DNA from: an uncultured Gemmatimonadota bacterium
Lineage (GTDB): Bacteria > Blakebacterota > Blakebacteria > Blakebacterales > Blakebacteraceae
Direction: 5' to 3'
Assembly (NCBI GenBank): GCA_964576115.1
Contig: CAZNUA010000008.1
Coordinates: 62,001-94,140, forward strand
DNA length: 32,140 nucleotides
In this document: positions 1 to 8,475 of the stretch, piece by piece
Layout: every line of letters begins with the position of its first letter
How positions within the stretch are numbered: position 1 is the stretch's first letter
The notes under the pieces: generated by a model
Told to the model about the DNA's origin: nothing
The model's input: only the letters and a program-made list of their open reading frames with translations
The model's database searches: none
Made by a program: the position numbers and the translations under genes

Positions 1-2
1 AA

Positions 3-545
3 CTCCTGGAGTTCCCGGGTGTCGGCACCCTGGAGGCATTCAACAGCGACGGCCTGCGCACCCTGATCACGACCCTTGAGGTACCCAACATGAAGGAGAA
101 GACCCTGCGCTACCCCGGTCATATCGACAAGGTGGCGGCTCTGCGCGATTCGGGCTTCTTCAGCACCGAACCGGTCCATATCGGCGGGGTAGAGGTCGTT
201 CCGCTCGATTTCACCTCTCGCCTGCTCTTTCACGAATGGCAGATGAAACCGGGTGAGGGCGACCTGACGATCATGCAGGTGATCGTCGAAGGCCTGCAGG
301 CTGACAGGCAGACGCGTATCACCTGGGATCTGCTCGATCGTTTCGACCGCACGGCAGGGGTTCATTCCATGGCCCGGACGACCGGGTACACGGCCACCAT
401 GGCCTGCCGGCTTCTGGCCGCCGGCCTCTACCGCGAGAAGGGCATCTCTCCGCCCGAGTATCTCGGCCGTCGCCCCGATTGTGTGCAATTCATTCTCGGG
501 GGCCTGCGCGAGCGGGGCGTGAAATACCGGGAGACAGTGGACTGA
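3..545 (+). CDS. Saccharopine dehydrogenase / lysine 6-dehydrogenase family protein, C-terminal part (5' end outside window)
   Basis: The frame of ORF 90..545 is open back to base 3 (LLEFPGVGTLEAFNSDGLRTL). Motifs EAFNSDGLRT, KTLRYPGH, SMARTTG and G..PPE match the Sacchrp_dh_C domain. Confidence 0.85.
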   Translation, partial: LLEFPGVGTLEAFNSDGLRTLITTLEVPNMKEKTLRYPGHIDKVAALRDSGFFSTEPVHIGGVEVVPLDFTSRLLFHEWQMKPGEGDLTIMQVIVEGLQADRQTRITWDLLDRFDRTAGVHSMARTTGYTATMACRLLAAGLYREKGISPPEYLGRRPDCVQFILGGLRERGVKYRETVD

Positions 546-595
546 GGAACATCAAGACCCCGGAAACGCCCGGAACGATAACCCGATTATTCCCC

Positions 596-3022
596 TCACT
601 CTTCACGGATGATCCGGGCGGGATCCACGGCCGCCGCCCGCAGGGCCGGAGGCAGCAGCGCGACCAGGCTGATGAGAAGATACAGCCCGACCGCTCCCAG
701 GTACATACCGGGCGCATGCGGTTCGACGCCGCCCAGGAAGACACCGAAGATCGGCGAGACGAGCCAGGCGATGATCAGTCCGGCGACAAGACCCGGTGCG
801 ATCCAGCGCCAGCCCCGGCTGATGATCTCCCGTACGATCCGGCGCCGACCGGCCCCGACGGCGAGTCGTATCCCCATCTCGCGGGTCCGCTGCCGGACAT
901 GGAAAGCGAGCGCTCCGTAGATCCCGACCAGGGCGACCACCAGTCCGCCGAGACTGCCCAGCAGAGCCAGCAATCCGGTGGTTTCGAAGAAACGGCCGGC
1001 ATAGGCCAGCATCTCTTCGGCCCCGAACACGGGCGAGTCCAGAAAGGCGGAATACAGAGGCAGCCGGGGATCGGCCTGCCGCAGGGCATCCCGCAGGCGG
1101 GGAGCGAGAGCGGCCGGGGTTTCGTCACTGGCCAGGGCCAGAAAGACCCGGTCGGGATCGGCCTGCTCGATCGGAATGTAGACCAGGTTGAGTCGGGCAT
1201 TTTCGGACAGCCCCTGCACTTCATCGGGCACGATTCCAACGATCCGCATCCACTCACCGGCACCGGCCACACCGGTCACCCGCAGTCGGACCTGCAGGGG
1301 GTCGACTCCGGACAGGTGTCGGGCCCGGAACCCCTCGCTGATGACAACCACCGGATCCGTCAGACCGTCACCGGCGACAAGGGTTCGGCCGGCCTGCGGG
1401 TCGAGCCCGAGGATTGTAAAAGCACCGGGGGAAAGGGCGTTGACCATGACCGCTTCACGCTCGGTTTGCGGTCCGGCCGGACGCCCCTCGATCTCGAACC
1501 GGCCGATCGGCGCCTGGAAACCGGGCAGACCGGTCATCAAGGCGGCCGGCGCGCCCCCGGTACGATCCGAGACGAGCGCCGGCAGCCGGTTGCGCAGTTC
1601 CCGGCGAGCCGCGGCGGTCCGGTAGCGCTCCCCCTCGATCACGATGCCGGCCATGACAATCCGGTCGGGTTCGAACGAAAGGACTGCCTGCCGCCTCAGG
1701 GTCAGCCCGGAGGTCACGAAACCCGAGGTAATCAGGGCGATGACCGAGAAGGTCACCTGCAGGCCGAGAAGCGTGCGTCCGATCCGGTTCCGGCCGCGGC
1801 GACCGCCGCTGACACGGACACCGCTCAGAATCGCGCCCGGATCGGAGCCCGCTGCCTGCCGGGCGGGCAGGGTTCCCGAAACGAGGGCGGTCACGACCAT
1901 CGCCAGAGCCAGGAAGATCACGACCGGGACATCGAGCGAGACCTGCATCCAGTAGAAGCCCCAGTTCGCGGCCAGGGTGCCCTCGACGTACCCGATCGCT
2001 CCGGCCGCCAGCAGCAGACCCGCCCCGGCACCGGTCAGGGCGATCAGCGCCGCTTCGGCGAACATCTGCAGTCTCAGAAAGCGGGGTCGGGCTCCCAGCG
2101 CACCGTGCAGGGCCAGTTCCCGGACCCGTCCCTGAGCCCGGGCCAGCAGCAAGTTCGAGACGTTGGTGCAGGCCAGGAGCATCAGAGCGAAGACGATGAT
2201 CAGCAGGGCCAGCAGGGCGATCTCCTCGCCCCCCTCTGCCCGGGCCCGGGTGAAGCCGAGGACGCGGACCCGCACCCGGGCGGCGGCATCCGGATCGTCG
2301 GTGTCCGATCGGTTCAGAATGGCCGCCAGTTCGGCGGCGACCGATTCCGCCGGCACTCCTTCGGCCAGTCGCCCGACGAGTTCCACGGCGCTTCCCGGTC
2401 CTGACGGACCGGCCCCGGCCGCCAGATCGAGCGGGATCCAGAGCTGTTGGCCGAAGGGAAAAGCGAATCCGGCCGGCATCACCCCCGCGACTGTGACCGG
2501 TCGATCGTCGAGCCGGACCGTGCGGCCGACGACGGACCGGTCGCCACCGAAAGCCGTCTGCCACAAACGGTGCCCCAGCACTACCTCCTCACCCGAGGCA
2601 CCCTCGCCTCCGGGCAGGCGTCCCAGCTGCGGTTCGAGACGCAGGCAGTCGAAAGCGTCATCGGTAACCGCAGCGGCCGGCAGGCGCACCGGTGGCAGAT
2701 CTCCGCCCGAAAAGGTCACCTCGCGAACCGCGAAAGCTCCCAGCGATTCCAGAAGGGTCTGGTCCTCGATCAGCAACTGCGCGCGCTCAGGTTCGAGCGC
2801 GGCCCTCTCTCCACCTGCGCCGGGAGCGCCGAGTCTGACCTGCACCACCGCTTCGCCCCCGGGGACCGGCAGCGGCCGTTTGAATCCGTGTACGATACTG
2901 AAGATGGTCGTGGAGGCACCCAGCCCCAGCGCCAGAGTCAGGGCGGCGGTGACGACTACCGCCGGCTCCCGCCGGAAGGAACGCCTGGCCAGACGCAGGC
3001 TGAGCAGAATCGATTCACGCAT
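596..3022 (-). CDS. ABC transporter permease with duplicated MacB-PCD/FtsX domains (ADOP-like)
   Basis: 808 aa. Motifs LTLALGLGASTTIFS, LLACTNVSNLLLAR..R.RELA...ALGA, RTREMGIRLAVGA and PALRAAAVDP; two periplasmic/TM repeats. Confidence 0.9.
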   Translation of the reverse strand: MRESILLSLRLARRSFRREPAVVVTAALTLALGLGASTTIFSIVHGFKRPLPVPGGEAVVQVRLGAPGAGGERAALEPERAQLLIEDQTLLESLGAFAVREVTFSGGDLPPVRLPAAAVTDDAFDCLRLEPQLGRLPGGEGASGEEVVLGHRLWQTAFGGDRSVVGRTVRLDDRPVTVAGVMPAGFAFPFGQQLWIPLDLAAGAGPSGPGSAVELVGRLAEGVPAESVAAELAAILNRSDTDDPDAAARVRVRVLGFTRARAEGGEEIALLALLIIVFALMLLACTNVSNLLLARAQGRVRELALHGALGARPRFLRLQMFAEAALIALTGAGAGLLLAAGAIGYVEGTLAANWGFYWMQVSLDVPVVIFLALAMVVTALVSGTLPARQAAGSDPGAILSGVRVSGGRRGRNRIGRTLLGLQVTFSVIALITSGFVTSGLTLRRQAVLSFEPDRIVMAGIVIEGERYRTAAARRELRNRLPALVSDRTGGAPAALMTGLPGFQAPIGRFEIEGRPAGPQTEREAVMVNALSPGAFTILGLDPQAGRTLVAGDGLTDPVVVISEGFRARHLSGVDPLQVRLRVTGVAGAGEWMRIVGIVPDEVQGLSENARLNLVYIPIEQADPDRVFLALASDETPAALAPRLRDALRQADPRLPLYSAFLDSPVFGAEEMLAYAGRFFETTGLLALLGSLGGLVVALVGIYGALAFHVRQRTREMGIRLAVGAGRRRIVREIISRGWRWIAPGLVAGLIIAWLVSPIFGVFLGGVEPHAPGMYLGAVGLYLLISLVALLPPALRAAAVDPARIIREE

Positions 3023-3183
3023 GATGTATGTCCGGTCTGTGGGCGGATGACAGAGATTCTCTCAGCGTACGGACATCCGGCCGGAAAGGTTCGCAGCCGC
3101 CGGCCCACATCGCCCCGGGCTGGAACAGTGCGGGAGCGGTCCGGAGAGCGGCTGAGCTGCGAATCCGGGTCACGAGACAGGCG

Positions 3184-4077
3184 TCAGAGAGTATACCCGA
3201 TCAGCTTGGTGACCAGCCGGGCCGCAGCGGCATCGGCGTGGTGCAGCCCCTGCCGGGGACTCAGTTCCACCACGTCGGCTCCCACCACCCGGCCGGAGGC
3301 ACCGACCGCTCGCAGCAGAGCCAGGGTCTCGTACCACTCCAGGCCGCCGGGAACGGGCGTGCCCACGGCCGGTACGATCGAGGGATCGAGACCGTCCAGA
3401 TCGATGGTGATGTAGACATACTCGGCCGTCAGGGTGGCGAGGACGGCTTCGATCTGTTCGGTCAGCCGGCCCGCCACGGTGTGGGCGTAAAAGGTGGTGT
3501 GCAGCTCGTCGTCGAGCAGATCGGCTTCTTCGGTTTCGGCCGAGCGGATCCCGACCGCGGTGACCGGTACGCCGAGTTCGCGGATACGCCGCATCGGACA
3601 GGCGTGGTTGTAGGGCGAACCCCGGTAGGTGTCGCGCAGGTCGGCGTGGGCGTCGATCTGCAGCACGCAGAGATCGGACCAGAGGGCGTGATGAGCTTTG
3701 ACCAGCGGCCAGGTCACGCTGTGCTCGCCCCCCAGACCGATCAGCATCCGTCCGGTACGGATGAGCCCGGCGGCAAGGGTCTCGATGGCATCGGCCGCAA
3801 CGGCCGGGTCGGTCGGCAGGTCGGGTTCGGGATGAGTGGCGATCCCCCCCGCCCGGCCGGCCGTCTCGAAGCCCAGTTCCTCGTCGAAGTATTCGATGTG
3901 ATGGCTGGCCGCAATGATCGCCCGCGGTCCCGCCGCCGTGCCCCGCTCCCACGAGCAGGTCAGGTCGAGCGGCAGGGGCAGAATCAGCACCCCGCTCGTC
4001 TCCGGATCGCTGAACCCGGGGGGCAGATTCAGAAAGTTGGTGAAGACCGGCTCGGGTTCAGCACTGATCTTGTTCAC
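3184..4077 (-). CDS. speB: Agmatinase (ureohydrolase family)
   Basis: GGEHS, DAHADL, HAC, DLDGLDPS, GTPVPGG and DVVELSP motifs. GTG start with a GGGGAGG SD upstream. Confidence 0.85.
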   Translation of the reverse strand: MNKISAEPEPVFTNFLNLPPGFSDPETSGVLILPLPLDLTCSWERGTAAGPRAIIAASHHIEYFDEELGFETAGRAGGIATHPEPDLPTDPAVAADAIETLAAGLIRTGRMLIGLGGEHSVTWPLVKAHHALWSDLCVLQIDAHADLRDTYRGSPYNHACPMRRIRELGVPVTAVGIRSAETEEADLLDDELHTTFYAHTVAGRLTEQIEAVLATLTAEYVYITIDLDGLDPSIVPAVGTPVPGGLEWYETLALLRAVGASGRVVGADVVELSPRQGLHHADAAAARLVTKLIGYTL

Positions 4078-4200
4078 GGCCTTCCTCCCCGCTGCGGTGA
4101 CGGCTCTGTTTTCCCATGGCAGGCCCTCTGTACTCTCGTGGCAGGCCCGGGGGAATATACTGTACTCAAACGCGCCGGTGTGTACATCTGGAAGCGATAC

Positions 4201-5082
4201 TCAGAACTCAACCGCGATCAGCAGCGACAGGGAATATCGGGTCGACGACCGCTGTCTTTTCCACGGCGAGGTCCGGTACAGGATCAGGCCTTCGAAGTGG
4301 TTCAGCCTGCTTCCCAGACCGAGGCTGACCTGCTCGTTGGACCGTATGTCGCCCACCAGTCCCCTCTCCAGCGCCAGGTTCACCCACCCGCAGAAACCGC
4401 CCGCGAGCAGGATCGATCCGAGAGACCGCTTGCCCCGGATACCGTAACGCAGGAAGGTGCTGTTCATCCCCCGCCAGGAATACACTCCCGTGCACCGGTT
4501 CGATACGATCCCCCCCCGCAGACGCACATCCCAGGGCCCGCGCCGCGGGGGTGAGTAATCGAGCAGCACCATCGTCTGGGCACTGTCGCGCCAGAAAGCC
4601 TCCCGGCGGTCGCGGTCGACCTCGTCCAGCGATTCGCCCGGATCGGTGCCGCCCAGTTCGCTGAGCCGGATCCCGATCATCCAGATCAGACCCGGCGTTC
4701 GGGTCGGCCACTCCAGCCCGAGGTAGGGATTCCCCAGAAGGGTCTGCGAGCTGCTCCTCGTGCCTGAGTCGGCATCTTCGGGAAAGCCAGTGATGAAGTA
4801 GTAATAATTGCGCGCGTGCGCGAAGGGCAGTTCGACCTGGATTCCGAGGGGGAACTGCCCCTCATGCAGTTTCGGAAAGGGAAAACGCAGGGTCAGGAAG
4901 GTGGCCGTTCCCCGGAATGATCCCGACGAGCGGCCGCCGTCGATATACGGCCGACCGATTTCAATAGCGGCGGCATGGGTTCCCTCGGTCGATATCCAGA
5001 GCGACTGGGCCCGGCCGGAGCGGGGCACGGATATCAGGAGAACCGTACACAATGGTATGAGGGTAGTGAACCGGCGGGACAT
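4201..5082 (-). CDS. Hypothetical exported protein, probable outer-membrane beta-barrel
   Basis: In-frame ATG at 5082 (MSRRFTTLIP) follows a G-rich SD, 13 nt after the thiC stop. Signal-peptide-like N-terminus, amphipathic beta-strand pattern and C-terminal Phe (LIAVEF). The ORF-track start at 5292 lies inside thiC and is rejected. Confidence 0.6.
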   Translation of the reverse strand: MSRRFTTLIPLCTVLLISVPRSGRAQSLWISTEGTHAAAIEIGRPYIDGGRSSGSFRGTATFLTLRFPFPKLHEGQFPLGIQVELPFAHARNYYYFITGFPEDADSGTRSSSQTLLGNPYLGLEWPTRTPGLIWMIGIRLSELGGTDPGESLDEVDRDRREAFWRDSAQTMVLLDYSPPRRGPWDVRLRGGIVSNRCTGVYSWRGMNSTFLRYGIRGKRSLGSILLAGGFCGWVNLALERGLVGDIRSNEQVSLGLGSRLNHFEGLILYRTSPWKRQRSSTRYSLSLLIAVEF

Positions 5083-5095
5083 AGAGCATCCCCCC

Positions 5096-6793
5096 TCAGT
5101 CGCTGCCGGCGGCTTCCTGCTGGATCGTCCGGGCTCTCTCCTCGTCAGCCTGGTCGCTGTGACAGGGCGGCTTCTCGCCCTCCCCCGCTCCGACGGCCTG
5201 CCGGATCTCCTCGGCCCGGTGGGCGTACTCCTCGTCCTTGCCCGAAGCGAACATCTCGATCTCGCGGCTGATGCGCACCGCACACCAGTCATGACCGCAC
5301 ATCGAACAGTAATCCTCGTCGGGACAGAAATCCTCTTCGCGGTAGGCCCGGGCGGTTTCGGGATCGAAGGACAGGCGCAGGTGCTCGCGCCAGTTCAGGG
5401 CGGCCCGCGCTTTTGTGAGCTCGTCGTCACGGTCACGGCTGCCCGGTATGCCCAGAGCCACATCGGCGGCGTGGGCGGCGATCTTGTAGGCGATGCAGCC
5501 CTGTTTGACATCCTCGCGTTTGGGCAGACCCAGATGCTCCTTGGGCGTAACGTAGCAGAGCATGGCCGCCCCGTGGTAAGCAGCCGCCGTGGCACCGATG
5601 CACGACGTGATATGGTCGTACCCGGGGAAAATATCGGTCACCAATGGTCCCAGCACATAGAAGGGCGCCCCGTGGCAGACCCGGCGCTCGTACTTCATGT
5701 TGTATTCGATCTGGTCGAAGGGCACGTGCCCCGGTCCCTCGATCATGACCTGACAGCCCTTCGCCCAGGCCCGTTCGGTCAGCTCGCCCAGGGTGTCGGT
5801 CTCGCGCAACTGGGCCTCGTCGGTGGCGTCGGACAGTCCCCCCGGGCGCAGGCCGTCCCCCAGGCTGAAGGAGACGTCGTAGGCCCGCATCAGGTCGCAG
5901 ATCTCGTCGAACATCTCGTAGAGCGGGTTCTCGCGGCCGTGGTGGAGCATCCACTTGGCCAGCAGGGATCCGCCCCTGCTGACGATCCCGATCAACCGGT
6001 CGCTGACATAATCGAGGTGTTCTCGCAGCACCCCGGCGTGCAGGGTAAAGAAATCCACCCCCTGGCGGGCCTGCTTCTCGAGTTCGGCCAGGATCACCTC
6101 GTAGGTCAGTTCCTCGACCCGCCGGCCGATGATCATCGAGTAAATCGGGACCGTGCCCACCGGCACGGTGGCGGCCCGCACGATCGCTTCGCGGGTAGCG
6201 TCCAGGTCGCCCCCGGTCGACAGGTCCATGACCGTATCGGCCCCCCAGCGCACCGACCAGCGCATCTTCTCCAGCTCTTCCTCACTGCTCGAAGTGACCG
6301 GCGAGGCGCCGAGGTTGGCGTTGATCTTTGTCGTGGCGGCCCGACCGATGGCCATCGGATCGAGTTCGTACTGCAGGTGCACACGGTTGGCGGGGATGAT
6401 CAACCGCCCGGCGGCGATCTCGTCGCGCACCTGCTCGGGCCCGAGATGGCCTTCCCGTTCGGCCACCCGCTCCATTTCGGGGGTCAGGCGGCCCAGGCGG
6501 GCTGCTTCGAGCTGGGTCACCGGCTCGACATCCTCCGGCGCCCGGATGCCTGCATCGGTACGCTCCCATTCGGGGGGCAGAAAATCCCAGGCGGTCTTCT
6601 CAGAGGGCTGCGGCATGCCGGGCGTATCGGGGCTCGAAAAGGTCCAGGGCGTGCCGATACCGTCCGGACGGGCGAAGCTGCCCGGGGTGGTACCCTGTGA
6701 GGTGGTCGAGGGATCGCCACCCCGGGTGATATCGGCGAAACGATCGGCGGAAGAGGAAGAACTGGCGGAACTGGCGGAACTCACGGTAATCAC
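5096..6793 (-). CDS. thiC: Phosphomethylpyrimidine synthase ThiC (radical SAM)
   Basis: [67 protein letters not shown] and C-terminal CSMCG..WC cluster motif. Start is GTG at 6793 or 6784. Confidence 0.97.
   Translation of the reverse strand: MITVSSASSASSSSSADRFADITRGGDPSTTSQGTTPGSFARPDGIGTPWTFSSPDTPGMPQPSEKTAWDFLPPEWERTDAGIRAPEDVEPVTQLEAARLGRLTPEMERVAEREGHLGPEQVRDEIAAGRLIIPANRVHLQYELDPMAIGRAATTKINANLGASPVTSSSEEELEKMRWSVRWGADTVMDLSTGGDLDATREAIVRAATVPVGTVPIYSMIIGRRVEELTYEVILAELEKQARQGVDFFTLHAGVLREHLDYVSDRLIGIVSRGGSLLAKWMLHHGRENPLYEMFDEICDLMRAYDVSFSLGDGLRPGGLSDATDEAQLRETDTLGELTERAWAKGCQVMIEGPGHVPFDQIEYNMKYERRVCHGAPFYVLGPLVTDIFPGYDHITSCIGATAAAYHGAAMLCYVTPKEHLGLPKREDVKQGCIAYKIAAHAADVALGIPGSRDRDDELTKARAALNWREHLRLSFDPETARAYREEDFCPDEDYCSMCGHDWCAVRISREIEMFASGKDEEYAHRAEEIRQAVGAGEGEKPPCHSDQADEERARTIQQEAAGSD
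6759..6781. repeat. Short 9-bp tandem repeat (GAACTGGCG x2.5) encoding the Ser/Ala-rich ThiC N-terminus
   Basis: gaactggcg gaactggcg gaact read directly; translates on the minus strand as SSASSASS. Confidence 0.6.
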
Positions 6794-6794
6794 C

Positions 6795-6910
6795 TGCTTT
6801 CCTACGCCGGCATGATCCGGATCAGGTTCGAGGGTGTGATCTCAGTTCCGCCCGGGCCCTGGACAGGAGCACGTTTCGCGGGCTGGCCGGCGCGCGGAAC
6901 ACCCCTAGCA
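6795..6910 (-). ncRNA. TPP (THI-box) riboswitch
   Basis: Minus strand reads TGCTAGGGGTG...CTGAGATCACACCCTCGAACCTGATCCGGATCATGCCGGCGTAGGAAAGCA, containing all conserved TPP aptamer segments, immediately upstream of thiC. Confidence 0.96.
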
Positions 6911-7053
6911 TATACCCCTCCGGTGACTCCGGTTGGGTCTATGCAAGATAGGGGCCGGACGGTCGGGGAGCAACCGACGCTCAGGCAAACCCGGTCGGGG
7001 AGTGTCACCCGCTAATGTTACAATTCCTGAGAAACCGGGTGACACCGAAACCC

Positions 7054-7082
7054 TTGAAGCGCAGGCAGCAATGCCTTACATT
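7054..7082 (+). promoter_or_regulatory. Putative sigma70 promoter for the glycosyltransferase gene
   Basis: TTGAAG-17 bp-TACATT, ending 60 nt before the ATG at 7143. Confidence 0.5.
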
Positions 7083-7142
7083 TTCTGCTTCATCTCATCT
7101 CAATCCGGAAACGATACCCGCCCGTAACCTCCGAGTGTAGGG

Positions 7143-8405
7143 ATGCATGACATAGTCGATAACCCGGACAGGGTCAGCGAAGCCGAGATCATCGTCGGTA
7201 TCCCCTCCTACAAGGAAGCCGACAGCATCGCCTACCCGACCGACCAGGCCGACAAGGGCCTGCGCCAGTTTTTCCCCAATCACAAAGCCGTCATCATCAA
7301 CGTCGACAACAACTCCCCCGACGGCACCCGGGAAGCCTTCATGAACACCCCCACCCAGACCCCGAAGGTCTACATCTCCACACCCGAGGGGGTGAAGGGC
7401 AAGGGGAACAACCTGCGCAATCTCTTCCGGGCCACGGTCGAGCTCGACGCCCAGGCGGTGGTGGTCGTGGACGCCGATCTGAAGAGCATTACCCCCTACT
7501 GGATCCGCTATCTGGGCGAGCCCCTGATGGGGCGGTTCGACTTCGTGACGCCGATCTACGTGCGTCATAAGTATGACGGTACCATCACCAACCACATCGC
7601 CTATCCCCTGCTGCGCAGTCTCTTCGGCCTGCGGGTGCGCCAGCCGATCGGCGGCGATTTCGGGTTCTCGGGCAAACTGGCCCGGGCTTTTCTCTCCGAG
7701 AAGCTCTGGAACGACAAGATCGCCAACTTCGGCATCGACATCTGGATGACCACCATCGCCATCGCCCGCGGCTTCAATGTCTGCCAGGCCTTCCTGGGCA
7801 CCCCCAAGGTCCACCGGGCCAAGGATCCTGCGGCAGATCTGAGCATGATGTTCACCCAGGTCGTCTCCACTCTCTTCGATCTGATCGTGGATTTCGAATA
7901 CCTCTGGAAGCATGTCGAAACCAGCCGACCCAGCAGCATCTTCGGTTTCGGTCTGGGTATCGACGAGAAACCCCCCGAAGTGCACGTGAGCACCGACAAG
8001 CTCTTCGCGAGCTTTCAGGGCGGGTACGAGAAATACGGTGAGCTGTGGGAGCAGATCCTCCCGATGCCCGAGTTCATACAGCTGCAGAAGATCATCTCCG
8101 AGATGACCGAAAAAACCCTCTTCTACCACTCCGACCTCTGGGCGCGTATCATCTTCAGCTTCGCCATCGCCTACAAGAAGGGTGAGTTCGACGAGACCGA
8201 ATTGCTCGAGGCCCTGATCCCCTTCTACCACTCCCGCGTGCTCTCGTTCGTGAACAAGACCGGTACCTTCGGCACCCTGGAGTGCGAGGAGTACCTGGAA
8301 AACATCCTGCGCATCTTCGAGCGGGAAAAGTACTACCTGATCCAGCGCTGGGACGAGACCCGCAACAACCACGACAGTCTGCTGTTCAACACCGACAGCG
8401 GCTGA
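7143..8405 (+). CDS. GT-A fold glycosyltransferase, glucosylglycerate synthase-like
   Basis: IVGIPSY, S.DGT, GKG, DADLKSI (DxD), RHKYDGTITN, RQPIGGDFG, FGIDIWMTT and KVH..KDP motifs, recalled from the glucosylglycerate/mannosylglycerate synthase group. Confidence 0.8.
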   Translation: MHDIVDNPDRVSEAEIIVGIPSYKEADSIAYPTDQADKGLRQFFPNHKAVIINVDNNSPDGTREAFMNTPTQTPKVYISTPEGVKGKGNNLRNLFRATVELDAQAVVVVDADLKSITPYWIRYLGEPLMGRFDFVTPIYVRHKYDGTITNHIAYPLLRSLFGLRVRQPIGGDFGFSGKLARAFLSEKLWNDKIANFGIDIWMTTIAIARGFNVCQAFLGTPKVHRAKDPAADLSMMFTQVVSTLFDLIVDFEYLWKHVETSRPSSIFGFGLGIDEKPPEVHVSTDKLFASFQGGYEKYGELWEQILPMPEFIQLQKIISEMTEKTLFYHSDLWARIIFSFAIAYKKGEFDETELLEALIPFYHSRVLSFVNKTGTFGTLECEEYLENILRIFEREKYYLIQRWDETRNNHDSLLFNTDSG

Positions 8406-8475
8406 GAACGGCCGGCCCCTGCCGGCCGGCGCAAAGTCCGGCACACGTCCGGGTGCAACCGCACCCGGACAATCC

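Noticed and set aside
3..4077. Polyamine operon formed by the saccharopine-dehydrogenase-like gene and speB
   Set aside because: The genes are on opposite strands and separated by a permease; the visible motifs fit the lysine/saccharopine dehydrogenase type rather than carboxyspermidine synthase.
4078..4200. Guanidine riboswitch upstream of the ureohydrolase gene
   Set aside because: An ACGA and a CGAGAG are present, but there are no paired ACGR hairpins (class II) and no class I or III consensus.
6975..7050. c-di-GMP-I riboswitch suggested by GGCAAAC
   Set aside because: Lacks the GNRA-capped stem and the GACGCAAA segment, and lies upstream of the predicted promoter.
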